Positions 1 through 8,584 are shown, counted from the first letter of the stretch. The stretch: 64,000 nucleotides of DNA from Candidatus Micrarchaeota archaeon (GCA_016212395.1 JACRGF010000062.1:5315-69314), one strand, 5' to 3'. Translations and numbers: made by a program. Notes: generated from the letters alone by a model not told the origin.

Positions 1-59
1 GAAAATAAAAAAATAAAGTTCTAGAGCGCGTTGTGCGCGAGGGCTCTCATTTTGCGTAA

Positions 60-150
60 TAGCAAATAAGCCGGATATTTGAACATTTCGTGCTTATTTG
101 CTAGCAGTAAATCGCGTATTGTAAAAGTTCAAAAATATACGCGATTTACT
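60..150. other. Two adjacent perfect stem-loops (12-bp stem 60-71/92-103; 14-bp stem 106-119/137-150)
   Basis: tagcaaataagc...gcttatttgcta and agtaaatcgcgtat...atacgcgatttact are exact reverse complements. The loops carry complementary heptamers tttgaac and gttcaaa. Strand and function are unknown. Confidence 0.6.
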
Positions 151-362
151 ATAAGTTGCTTTTACGCTGTTTTTTCACGAGTTTTCGTTTATGCGTATTT
201 AATTGATGTTTTGCACTGTGTTTTTTCGCGTGTTTCAATTGCGGCTTCGCGTTGTTTTTTCGTGTTTTGCGTGCAAAGAGCGTGTTTTGGCAGAATTGTT
301 TTTATTTATTTCTAGCCTAATTCTTGCAGTTTTTTGTTTGTGCGAGGAGAGAGGAGTTTTTC

Positions 363-1337
363 GTGGCTAAAAAAAAGATTAAAGCGCTTGCCTTGTTTTC
401 AGGCGGTTTGGATAGCCTGCTTGCAGTAAAAATGATTAAGGAGCAGGGGATTGAAGTTATAGGCTTGAATTTCAGCTCGCCGTTCTGCTTGTGCAAGGGA
501 GGCGGGTGCGCGTCGCTTGAAGCTGGAAAAAACTTGGGAATAGAAGTGAAAAACATTCCTAAAGGCGAGGACTACATGGAAATAGTACGCGACCCGCCCA
601 ACGGAAGAGGCCGTCACATGAACCCGTGCATTGACTGCCGGATTTACATTTTAAAGAAAGCAAAAGAGTACGCGAAGGAAATTGGCGCGAGCTTTATTTT
701 TACTGGAGAAGTGCTTGACGAGCGGCCGATGAGCCAGCACAGGAAAGCACTTGATTTTATCGAGGAAGAAGCTGGATTGAAGGGAAAATTGCTGCGCCCG
801 TTGTCTGCACAACTGTTGCCTGAAACTGAAGCTGAAAAAAAAGGCTGGGTGGACAGAAGCAAGCTTGTTGGAATACAAGGAAGAAGGAGAACGCCGCAAT
901 TCGAGCTTGCTGAAAAATACGGGTTGAAAGACTACCCGTGCCCTTCAGGAGGATGCCTGCTCACGTACAAGGAGTTCGCTGACAAAATGCGCGCGCTGCT
1001 TGATTTCAAAAAGAAAGAGAAAGTAAGCGTGAAAGACGTGAACCTATTGAAAGTAGGAAGGCATTTTTTTGTCAATGGCGCGTGGATTGCTGTTGGAAGA
1101 AACGAAGGCGAAAACGAGCGCCTGAAAGCATTGAAAGAAGACGGCGACTACTTGTATGAAGCAGACAAGATAGGAAGCCCGATTGCCTTGTTGAAAGGAG
1201 AAAAAACAAAAGAAGCAGTGGAAGAAGCAGCAAGGCTGACTGCACGCTATTCAGACGCTGAAAAAGGAAAAAAAGCGAAAATAAAGTACGGCGAACACTT
1301 GGAAAACTCGATGAGCGTAAAAGTGGAAGCGAGCTGA
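363..1337 (+). CDS. PP-loop ATP pyrophosphatase, MnmA/ThiI-like tRNA thiolation enzyme
   Basis: SGGLDS PP-loop motif in ALALFSGGLDSLLAV. NPCIDCR and PCPSGGC cysteine motifs. GTG at 363 is preceded by the ggagagaggag SD-like run; the track ORF begins at 324. Confidence 0.7.
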   Translation: MAKKKIKALALFSGGLDSLLAVKMIKEQGIEVIGLNFSSPFCLCKGGGCASLEAGKNLGIEVKNIPKGEDYMEIVRDPPNGRGRHMNPCIDCRIYILKKAKEYAKEIGASFIFTGEVLDERPMSQHRKALDFIEEEAGLKGKLLRPLSAQLLPETEAEKKGWVDRSKLVGIQGRRRTPQFELAEKYGLKDYPCPSGGCLLTYKEFADKMRALLDFKKKEKVSVKDVNLLKVGRHFFVNGAWIAVGRNEGENERLKALKEDGDYLYEADKIGSPIALLKGEKTKEAVEEAARLTARYSDAEKGKKAKIKYGEHLENSMSVKVEAS

Positions 1338-1413
1338 AAACCAGCGCAAAATAAAAAAACTGCAAACAACAATAACACAGCGAGAAAAAAAAAGAGCATG
1401 CGAACGCTCCGAA

Positions 1414-1435
1414 GTGTTTTTGTTTTTCGTGCGTG
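1414..1435 (+). terminator. T-tract motif gtgtttttgtttttcgtgcgtg downstream of the PP-loop gene
   Basis: Two T5 runs about 80 nt after the stop codon. Near-identical 20-mers recur at 22590 and 47581. Archaeal RNAP terminates at oligo-T. Confidence 0.35.
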
Positions 1436-1463
1436 AAATTGGAGAGTCGAAACAGAAAAAAAA

Positions 1464-2621
1464 TTAAGCGAGCTGGACTACGTCTTTTACTGCGCTTGCC
1501 AATTTTTCGACTTCTTCTTCAGTGTTGTAAACGTAGAATGAAGCGCGGGCAGTGCCATTGCAGCCAAGCTTTTTCATGAGCGGCATTGCACAGTGGTGGC
1601 CTGAACGCACGCAAATCCGCGCTGACTCGTCAAGCATTGCGGCAACGTCGTGCGCAGGCATGCTTTTCACGTTGAAAGAAACTATACCGTTGAACTCTTT
1701 TTCCCCGTAAACAGTCACGCAGTTTATTTCGCGCAATTCCTTTGCTGCCTTTTCAGCGAGTTTCTTCGAGTGCGCGTGGACATTGCCCATTCCAAGCTTC
1801 TTCAAGTAATCAACTGCAGCGCCGAAGCCGATAGCGCCCGCAATGTTTGGAGTGCCAGCCTCCCAGCTTTCAGGAAAGTGAGTGAGCTCGTAATCCTCAG
1901 CAGTGACAGCGCGAATCGTCCCCCCGCCGAGAAAAGGCGAGTTGACTGTTTTTTGGGCGTCGCGCTTTATGTAAAGCACGCCAATGCCGGTAGGCCCGAG
2001 CATTTTATGGGCGGAAAACACGAGAAAATCACAGCCTAGCTTTTTCACGTCAAGCGAAAAGTGAGGCGCTGACTGCGCGGCATCGACGAGCAAAAGCGAG
2101 TCGCCTTTCTCGCGCGCAATGCGCTCGACAGGGGCAACAGAACCCAAAACATTGCTCGCGTGCCCCACAGCAATAAGCTTTGACGACTTTGAAAAAGAAG
2201 AGTAGTCTTCGCGAATGTTCACCTTCACCCCGCGCTTAGACAGCCTTAGCCAAGGAAGCAGGTTGGAGTGGTGCTCGAAGAGAGTAGTTTCAACTGAATC
2301 CCCCTGCTTCCAATCAAGCGCGTTCGCAACAAGGTTAATGCCTTCGGTAGTGCTTTTCGTGAAAACAATTTCATCCTTGCTTGCATTGATGAAGCGAGCC
2401 AGTTTCTCACGCGCATCGTCGAACGCCTCGCTTGCCTGAATCGACGGCTTGTACAGCCCGCGGTGGATGTTCGCGCGGAAATTGCGGTAATAGTCCAGTT
2501 CAGCCTGAAGAACCTGCTCGGGAGTAAGCGAAGAAGCAGCGCTATCCAAATAAATGAAGCCGTTTTTTAGAATGGGAAAATCCTCGCGCACTCTGCGAAC
2601 GTCAAACAAGAAAACAACCAC
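1464..2621 (-). CDS. Cysteine desulfurase (class V aminotransferase, SufS/NifS/CsdA-like)
   Basis: PLP-lysine context SAHKMLGPTGIGVL. Active-site loop RSGHHCA. N-terminal VREDFPIL...YLDSAASS. Confidence 0.85.
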   Translation of the reverse strand: MVVFLFDVRRVREDFPILKNGFIYLDSAASSLTPEQVLQAELDYYRNFRANIHRGLYKPSIQASEAFDDAREKLARFINASKDEIVFTKSTTEGINLVANALDWKQGDSVETTLFEHHSNLLPWLRLSKRGVKVNIREDYSSFSKSSKLIAVGHASNVLGSVAPVERIAREKGDSLLLVDAAQSAPHFSLDVKKLGCDFLVFSAHKMLGPTGIGVLYIKRDAQKTVNSPFLGGGTIRAVTAEDYELTHFPESWEAGTPNIAGAIGFGAAVDYLKKLGMGNVHAHSKKLAEKAAKELREINCVTVYGEKEFNGIVSFNVKSMPAHDVAAMLDESARICVRSGHHCAMPLMKKLGCNGTARASFYVYNTEEEVEKLASAVKDVVQLA

Positions 2622-2645
2622 CCTGCATTAGCTTGCGCGTTGAAG

Positions 2646-2711
2646 ATATAAAAACATGCGTGAAACATGCATTCCTATGAGAATAATTCTTTCAATTAAC
2701 TATTTATATAG
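2646..2711. promoter_or_regulatory. Divergent promoter region with two TATA-like boxes
   Basis: atataaaaa (2646-2654; reads tttttatat toward the minus-strand desulfurase gene). tatttatatag (2701-2711), about 30 nt upstream of the 2738 start. Confidence 0.4.
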
Positions 2712-2737
2712 AAATAAAGCTTAAGAGAGATGGAGAG

Positions 2738-3022
2738 GTGGTGGCAGTGGTTAAAGTAAAATTTTCAAACGCGATTCAAACAGCAGTGAACGGGGAAGCG
2801 GAGAAGGAAATCGAGTATGCCGGGGACGTTGGAACGCTCATTGAAAAACTGGGGCAAACGTATGGAGATGAATTCAAAAAACGCGTTGCACCCAACGGAA
2901 GCCTGAACAAGTTCATCAACATTTACGTGAACGGCGAGGATGTTCGGTTTTTGAAGGAACTGGATACAGTAGTGAAAAGCGGGGATGTAGTGTATATCGC
3001 ACCTGCTGTTTCAGGCGGATGA
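2738..3022 (+). CDS. MoaD/ThiS-family ubiquitin-like sulfur carrier (SAMP-like), C-terminal GG
   Basis: 94 aa. Ends ...YIAPAVSGG followed directly by a stop. Lies next to an E1-like gene. Confidence 0.75.
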   Translation: MVAVVKVKFSNAIQTAVNGEAEKEIEYAGDVGTLIEKLGQTYGDEFKKRVAPNGSLNKFINIYVNGEDVRFLKELDTVVKSGDVVYIAPAVSGG

Positions 3023-3105
3023 AAAAGAGAAAAAATAGCAGGATACTGGGACAGCGCAAATTGCAAACAATCGATTAGCGCGTGTTTTTTTGTTTCTATT
3101 GCAGG

Positions 3106-3909
3106 ATGTTGGTGGTAGCATTGTTGAGCGTGGACGAGTTGAAGAGGTATTCGAGACAGTTGATTCTGCCGAATTTCGGGGCGCGTGAACAGCGCAAGCT
3201 CAAGCAAAGCAAAGTGGTAGTGACAGGCGCAGGAGGCATAGGGTGCCCGGCGCTTTACTACCTGGCAGCGTGCGGAGTCGGGAACATAACTATTGTGGAC
3301 AGCGACAAGATCGAAGCGAACAACTTGAACAGGCAGATTTTGTTCACGCCTGCAGACGTTGGAAAGCCGAAGGCAGAAACAGCAGCGCGAAGGATAATGG
3401 AATTCAACCCTGAAATAAAAGTGGAAGCAATAGAAGAGATAATCATGTATGATAATTGCTTTGAATTGCTGAAGGGGTTCGACGCGATTTGCGACGGTAC
3501 GGACAATTTTCCCACTAGATATGCGATAAATGACGCGGCAGTGGTGAACAAAACTCCGTTGTTTCACGCTGCAGCGCTTCAATTCGAGGGCAGAGTGTTC
3601 ACGGTAATTCCAGGTGAGAGCGCGTGCCTGCGCTGCATGTTTCCAGTCATTCCGCCTGCAGGGACGATTCCGTCCTGCAGGGAAGCTGGAATTCTCGGGC
3701 CAGTGCTTGGAGTAGCGAGTTCTGTCCAAGCAATAGAGTGCGTAAAGCACTTGGCAGGGTTAGGAGCGAAACTCGGCGGGAGAATGATAATATTCGACGC
3801 GCGCACTGTCTCGTTCGACGAGTTTAAAGTGAAGAAAAATAAGAATTGCACAGCATGCGGTGGGAAGGGATTCGTTCCGTCTCCGGTAGAGTACAAGTGC
3901 GAAGGGTAG
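3106..3909 (+). CDS. E1-like MoeB/ThiF/UbaA-family adenylyltransferase
   Basis: RYSRQLILPNFG, nucleotide loop VVVTGAGGIGCP, NLNRQILF. Two CxxC pairs (CLRC, CTAC). ATG at 3106 lies inside the track ORF 3082..3909. Confidence 0.85.
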   Translation: MLVVALLSVDELKRYSRQLILPNFGAREQRKLKQSKVVVTGAGGIGCPALYYLAACGVGNITIVDSDKIEANNLNRQILFTPADVGKPKAETAARRIMEFNPEIKVEAIEEIIMYDNCFELLKGFDAICDGTDNFPTRYAINDAAVVNKTPLFHAAALQFEGRVFTVIPGESACLRCMFPVIPPAGTIPSCREAGILGPVLGVASSVQAIECVKHLAGLGAKLGGRMIIFDARTVSFDEFKVKKNKNCTACGGKGFVPSPVEYKCEG

Positions 3910-4018
3910 AAAAAGAAAAAAGTGCAGAAGTGAAAACGAATAATGCGTAATACGCAAGCTGAAAATGTTGCCTGACGAATTGCAACCGTATTTGTTTTTT
4001 TTTGCGCGTTGAATTGTT

Positions 4019-4285
4019 TTGTTTGTTTTAGAGGTGAAGAATTTGGTTGAACATGTTTTGGATTTGAGGGGTGAGAAATGCCCGGACACGTTCCTGTTCG
4101 CTAAAATAAGGGCTGAAGAGTTGCGCGAAGAGAAAAAGATAGGCGACGTGCTGAAAGTAATTGTGGACTATGAGCCGTCGAGCGTGAACGTGCCGAAAAG
4201 CATTCGCGAAGAAGGGCATGAAGTGCTTGAAGTGGAACAGAACGGAAAAAAGAAAGAGTGGACGATAAGGATAAGAATAAAATAG
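4019..4285 (+). CDS. TusA/SirA-like sulfur-transfer protein
   Basis: LDLRGEKCPDTFL matches the TusA LDxRGxxCPxP active-site region; about 80 aa. The start is uncertain; TTG at 4044 after gaggtga is a plausible alternative. Confidence 0.65.
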   Translation: MFVLEVKNLVEHVLDLRGEKCPDTFLFAKIRAEELREEKKIGDVLKVIVDYEPSSVNVPKSIREEGHEVLEVEQNGKKKEWTIRIRIK

Positions 4286-4380
4286 CAGGCGGTTTTGAAT
4301 TGTCTTGAATGGTTTTGACTTGGTGGTTTCATTTCTGTGGTTTTGCAGTAGTTTTGAGTGGTTTTCTGTTGCTTATTTAG

Positions 4381-4803
4381 GTGATTGAAATCAAGAGAGG
4401 AATAATCATCATTCGCCCTTGCACTGTCGAGGAAAACGTTGGAAAAATTTCAGGAGAAGCGCACGTGAGCTACCAAGCGGAAGGCAAGCAGTTTTCGTTC
4501 GAGCGCAAAAAGTTTGGGGAGCTGCTGGCAGGCCAAAAGGCGTTCGAGAAGTTGAAGTTTTCTGAAAAAATAGGCATTGCAAAGTTCGAGCATGAGGGAA
4601 AAATAGTGTTGTTTTCAGTGAGCGGGAGAATAATAGTGCGCGCAGCGCGGGATTCTGAAGACGTTTTTGACACAGTAAAGCTCGCGGCAGAGACAGCATG
4701 GCACTCGGCAATCTGCCCGGTGCACGGGCAGTTGGCTGGAAAATGCGTTGAAAAACAATTAGAGTGCGTTGCTGCAGCCAAGCCGCCACAATTAAAAGTT
4801 TGA
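4381..4803 (+). CDS. Hypothetical protein with a TBP-repeat-like segment and a C-terminal His/Cys cluster
   Basis: 140-aa ORF in the sulfur cluster. GKIVLFSVSGRIIVRAARDSEDV resembles the TBP LIFxSGKIVxTGAKSEE strand-turn-helix. HSAICPVHGQLAGKCVEKQLEC lies at the C-terminus. Confidence 0.45.
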   Translation: MIEIKRGIIIIRPCTVEENVGKISGEAHVSYQAEGKQFSFERKKFGELLAGQKAFEKLKFSEKIGIAKFEHEGKIVLFSVSGRIIVRAARDSEDVFDTVKLAAETAWHSAICPVHGQLAGKCVEKQLECVAAAKPPQLKV

Positions 4804-4820
4804 ATTTCGTAGGCTATTTC

Positions 4821-6278
4821 ATGGTTTTGAAGGTTTACAACACGCTAGGCAGGAAAATAGAAGAGTTCAAGCCGCTTGAAGAAGGCGAAGTGAAAATGTA
4901 CGTGTGCGGCTTGACGCCTTACGACAAGATGCACATTGGCCACGCGCGAACTTACGTTGCGTTCGACGTTATAAAACGCTACCTTCGCTTTAAAGGCTTC
5001 AGCGTGAAAAGCGTGCAGAACGTTACGGACATTGACGACAAGATAATTAAAAGGGCGAACGAGCGGAAGGAAGACGCGCTCAAGCTAAGCTCTCGCTTTT
5101 CAGAACAATCTTTGAAGGAAATGGAAGCGCTTGGAATAACAAAAGCGGATTTTTACCCTAAAGTGAGCGAGCACATTCCTGAAATAATAGCGATAGTGAA
5201 AAAGTTGGAGGAGAACGGGTTTGCTTATGCGACAAGTTCAGGAGTTTACTATGACGTTTCAAAGTTTGAAGAGTACGGGAAATTGTCAGGGCAAAACCTC
5301 GAGCAGATAAAAAGCGGGGCGCGTGTTGAAGTGGACGAGGAGAAAAAGCACCCTGCGGACTTCGCGTTGTGGAAGAAAGCAAAGCCAGGGGAAATAAAAT
5401 TCGCGTCTCCTTGGGGCGACGGCAGGCCAGGATGGCACATTGAATGCTCTGCAATGAGCAGCAAGTACTTGGGCAAAACGTTTGACATTCACGGAGGCGC
5501 AGTAGACTTGATTTTCCCGCACCACGAAAACGAAATCGCGCAAAGCGAAGCGGCAAACGGCGTTGAATTCGTGAAGCACTGGCTTCACACCGGGTGGCTG
5601 ACGATAAAAAAAGAGAAAATGAGCAAGAGCCTCAAAAACTTTATCACAGTAGAGGAAGCGCTTGAAAAGCACGAGCCTGAAGCAATGCGCTTGTTTTTCG
5701 TGTCCACGCACTACCGCTCGCCAATAGACTTTAACGAGCAAAGCCTCGTGGAAGCAAAAGCGTCGCTCGACCACTTGCACAACACGCTCGCAAAAGCACA
5801 GAACGCAAAGCAAACAACGAGTGAAAAAAACGAAAAATTTACGCTGGCAATCGCAAAACTCGAAAAACAATTCACTGAAGCAATGGACAACGATTTTGAC
5901 TCGAGCAGCGCGCTCGCATCATTATTCGAAATCGCCAAGACGATAAACGCGTATATAGACGCTGGAGAAATAAACGAAAACGAGCTGGATGACGCAGTAG
6001 AAACATTCCTGAAGCTCGCGGAAGTGTTCGGGCTGCTTGAAAAACAAGCAGAAGCAAGCACTGGAGAACTTGAAAAAATAAAACAACTCGCTAGCGAAGT
6101 AAACGCTGAAAGCAAAGGAAGCATTGAAGAAATAATGCAAGGCATAATAAAAGAAAGAGAAGAAGCCAGAAGCAAGAAAGACTACAAGAAAAGCGACTTG
6201 ATACGCACAAAACTAAGCGAAGCAGGAATAACGCTCGAAGACGGAAAACAAGGCGCAGCGTGGAAGAGAAAAAAATAA
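4821..6278 (+). CDS. cysS: Cysteinyl-tRNA synthetase
   Basis: HIGH (MHIGHARTY) and KMSKS motifs. WHIECS zinc/cysteine-binding region. ATG at 4821 gives MVLKVYNTLGRK. Confidence 0.95.
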   Translation: MVLKVYNTLGRKIEEFKPLEEGEVKMYVCGLTPYDKMHIGHARTYVAFDVIKRYLRFKGFSVKSVQNVTDIDDKIIKRANERKEDALKLSSRFSEQSLKEMEALGITKADFYPKVSEHIPEIIAIVKKLEENGFAYATSSGVYYDVSKFEEYGKLSGQNLEQIKSGARVEVDEEKKHPADFALWKKAKPGEIKFASPWGDGRPGWHIECSAMSSKYLGKTFDIHGGAVDLIFPHHENEIAQSEAANGVEFVKHWLHTGWLTIKKEKMSKSLKNFITVEEALEKHEPEAMRLFFVSTHYRSPIDFNEQSLVEAKASLDHLHNTLAKAQNAKQTTSEKNEKFTLAIAKLEKQFTEAMDNDFDSSSALASLFEIAKTINAYIDAGEINENELDDAVETFLKLAEVFGLLEKQAEASTGELEKIKQLASEVNAESKGSIEEIMQGIIKEREEARSKKDYKKSDLIRTKLSEAGITLEDGKQGAAWKRKK

Positions 6279-6354
6279 AAGAGTAAGATGAGAAAAAACA
6301 AACACGAAACTCGAAACTGCAAAACTCAAAACCACATAGACAAAACAATCTTTT

Positions 6355-6410
6355 GCCAGGATGGTAGATTAGTTTCGAACTGCGGTTCGAAAATTCTATA
6401 CCACCCAAGA
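6355..6410 (+). repeat. Duplicate of the first 14 nt of tRNA-Cys followed by an 8-bp hairpin
   Basis: gccaggatggtaga at 6355-6368 is identical to 6440-6453. Followed by tttcgaac-tgcg-gttcgaaa. No matching 3' acceptor strand of its own. Confidence 0.6.
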
Positions 6411-6439
6411 CCCAAAACTCAAGACTGAAAACGTTTTAC

Positions 6440-6605
6440 GCCAGGATGGTAGAGCGGCTATGCATCCGGCTGCAGTCCGCCCCTTTTCTTTCTTTTCGGC
6501 GTTCCGAAAAGAAAGAAAAGTGGCAGGGTGCCCCAAAAGAAAGAAAAAAGGAAAGAAAGGGCACGCAGACACCGGACTAGGGGGGTTCGACTCCCTCTCC
6601 TGGCT
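6440..6605 (+). tRNA. tRNA-Cys (GCA) with a ~95-nt intron after position 37
   Basis: Acceptor GCCAGGA/TCCTGGC. Anticodon stem TCCGG/CCGGA. Loop CTGCAG with GCA at 6472-6474. T-arm GGGGG-TTCGACT-CCCTC. Discriminator T (the Cys identity base). Intron about 6476-6570. No encoded CCA. Confidence 0.8.
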
Positions 6606-6831
6606 TAACGAGTTTTGAGTTTAGAGCTTTCAGTTTTGAAGCTGCTTCACTCACGGCTTAAACGAGTTTTGAGTGGCTCTGGCTGGTTTTGAATAGTTTT
6701 GAGTTGTTTTTTTCACAGTTTTATTCTCTTTAGCAGCTGTGCGGCATTGAATTGCAGGTTCAAAACCCCTCAAATGCCTTGTTCTGCACTAAACTTAAAG
6801 AACAATATCCAAAAAAAAGTGCAGAGACTCC

Positions 6832-6847
6832 ACGATAACGTTATCGT
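6832..6847. promoter_or_regulatory. Perfect 16-bp palindrome acgataacgttatcgt upstream of the wHTH gene
   Basis: Self-complementary 16-mer about 50 nt upstream of the 6895 start, followed by an AT-rich TATA-like tract (tatttaatatattagttatataa). Confidence 0.45.
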
Positions 6848-6894
6848 ATCGAAAAGCATAAGTATTTAATATATTAGTTATATAATTTGATACT

Positions 6895-7812
6895 ATGAGA
6901 TTAAGTGTGAGAGAGGCGCAGGTGCTGGATTGCCTTGTGGATAAAAAGGCTTTCATGAAAGGGATAGCGTCGGCTTTAAAGATTATGGAACCGAATCTTA
7001 CGGGGTACGTGAGAAAGCTCGAGAAATATGGGCTGGTTAGTGTCGTCAGGAAAGGCCGGAGCAAGGAGGTTGCCCTGTCAAGCGCAGTTGGATTCGGCTT
7101 TTATCTAGTGCGGAAAGATTTTCCGCAACTTAAATTAGCAGACATTCTTGTGGGCTACAACCAGTTTTTGTTGTCATTCATCAAATCAAGAGACAGCTTT
7201 AAGTTGAAGGAACTCGACCTTCCCGCACCAACCGCAAAACGGCTTTTGGCAAGGCTTCGGAGCCTTGGGCTCGTTTCAATGCCCAAGAAAGGCATGTACC
7301 GGTTGAGGAAAGAAGCCGAACCGGTCGCTGACTTTTGCAGGCAAACGATACGGCTGGCGTGTTCAGAAGAAGCGGTAGCGGAATTAAGCCATATAGACCA
7401 CGCGATATTTTCGTTTGACAGCGCGAAAGAACTGGAAGCGATTTTCGTTACTCCGGGGCAAGCAAAACCCAGGCACTATTGGCCGACTTTTTATGGAATA
7501 ACTCATGAGTATGGATTGCAACTGCTGCCTTCAGGCAAATACTATTACGCGAACAAGAAGCCAGACCTTGGAGACCTGATTATCCACACGCTGGCCATTC
7601 AGAAGAACACACGCGGAATCGTTTATGCTGCTTTCCTCGCGCTAAAGAACAAGTACAATGTCAAACTGCTTTTGAATAAGAGGCAGACGTTTGGCGTGGG
7701 TAAAGATTATATTGTGGGTTTCGTTAATTTTATTGAGAGTCGCGGAAAGACTCCCTTCGGCGGGCTTGCCTCGCTTGAAGAATTGAGGTCGGTTGGCTAT
7801 GAAGCAGTTTAA
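6895..7812 (+). CDS. Winged-helix transcriptional regulator, possibly AbiEi-like antitoxin
   Basis: N-terminal MarR-like wHTH (AQVLDCLVDKKAFMKGIASALKIMEPNLTGYVRKLEKYGLV). About 200-aa C-terminal domain of unknown function. Overlaps the downstream NTase gene. Confidence 0.5.
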   Translation: MRLSVREAQVLDCLVDKKAFMKGIASALKIMEPNLTGYVRKLEKYGLVSVVRKGRSKEVALSSAVGFGFYLVRKDFPQLKLADILVGYNQFLLSFIKSRDSFKLKELDLPAPTAKRLLARLRSLGLVSMPKKGMYRLRKEAEPVADFCRQTIRLACSEEAVAELSHIDHAIFSFDSAKELEAIFVTPGQAKPRHYWPTFYGITHEYGLQLLPSGKYYYANKKPDLGDLIIHTLAIQKNTRGIVYAAFLALKNKYNVKLLLNKRQTFGVGKDYIVGFVNFIESRGKTPFGGLASLEELRSVGYEAV

Positions 7813-8428
7813 TGCAGAATATATAGGCGAAGAGCTTGAGCAAATTGGAATCCGAATCAGGCAGCCAATAGACATTTTCTTAATCGGCGGCTGCGCCATG
7901 TCCTTCCGGAAGTTCAAGGAAACCACGAAAGACGTGGACATTGTTTTCAGGAACAAGAGTGACTGCGATATTTTCTGCGACGCATTGTTCGGCGCCCAAT
8001 ATTATGAACCACTGAAAATAATCGATGAATACACTCGTCTGGAACCACTGAAAATGTTTGAAAACAAGGATGGATTCCACCTTGACCTTTTTGTAAAGAA
8101 AGTATGTGGAAAACTTGAACTCTCCAAAGAAATAGTAAAACGCGCAGAATTCTACAAAAAATATGGGAACGCGGCCGTTTACTTGGTTGCAAAGGAGGAT
8201 GTTTTCTTATTCAAAAGCCTCGCCAGCGAATCAAGAAAAAGAGACCTGGACGACATGCGCACAATCTACCAGAACTTAGACTGGCAGGCTATCCTAAAAG
8301 AAATCAAAAGCCAGAAGTTGTCCAGCCAGCTCACCGGCCTGATGATTTCAAGAATGGACGAATTCAAGAAAACTTTTGACTTGGACGTGCCGATACTAAA
8401 CACGCTGAAAAAAATGAATAGCGCTTAA
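7799..8428 (+). CDS. Nucleotidyltransferase-fold protein, possibly AbiEii-like toxin
   Basis: LIGGCAMSFRKFKETTKDVDIVF fits the GG...x...DxD minimal NTase motif. Its start overlaps the stop of the upstream wHTH gene. Confidence 0.5.
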   Translation: MKQFNAEYIGEELEQIGIRIRQPIDIFLIGGCAMSFRKFKETTKDVDIVFRNKSDCDIFCDALFGAQYYEPLKIIDEYTRLEPLKMFENKDGFHLDLFVKKVCGKLELSKEIVKRAEFYKKYGNAAVYLVAKEDVFLFKSLASESRKRDLDDMRTIYQNLDWQAILKEIKSQKLSSQLTGLMISRMDEFKKTFDLDVPILNTLKKMNSA

Positions 8429-8584
8429 CTCTTCAACCTGACTTTCGCAAAGTGATTTCGCTTACGTCGATGCGGAAAACATTAATCACTAGATTACGTC
8501 GGAGCGGTTTCCACTGCATTTTTCTTCGACGTGAAGATTTTCAGGTCTCGTCGTGGTGTTTTTTCGAGTTTGCGAAACTTGGGT

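Noticed and set aside
79-315. 78-aa ORF at the left edge
   Set aside because: It is low-complexity, Phe/Cys/Val-rich, and spans the twin hairpins and T-rich repeats. It has no SD and no recognisable motif, so it is most likely non-coding.
6715-6730. 16-nt identity with 8587-8602 as att sites of an integrated element
   Set aside because: A single exact 16-mer of AT-rich composition is near the chance expectation for a 64-kb window, and no integrase is present. It is mentioned only as a weak hint under the islet finding.
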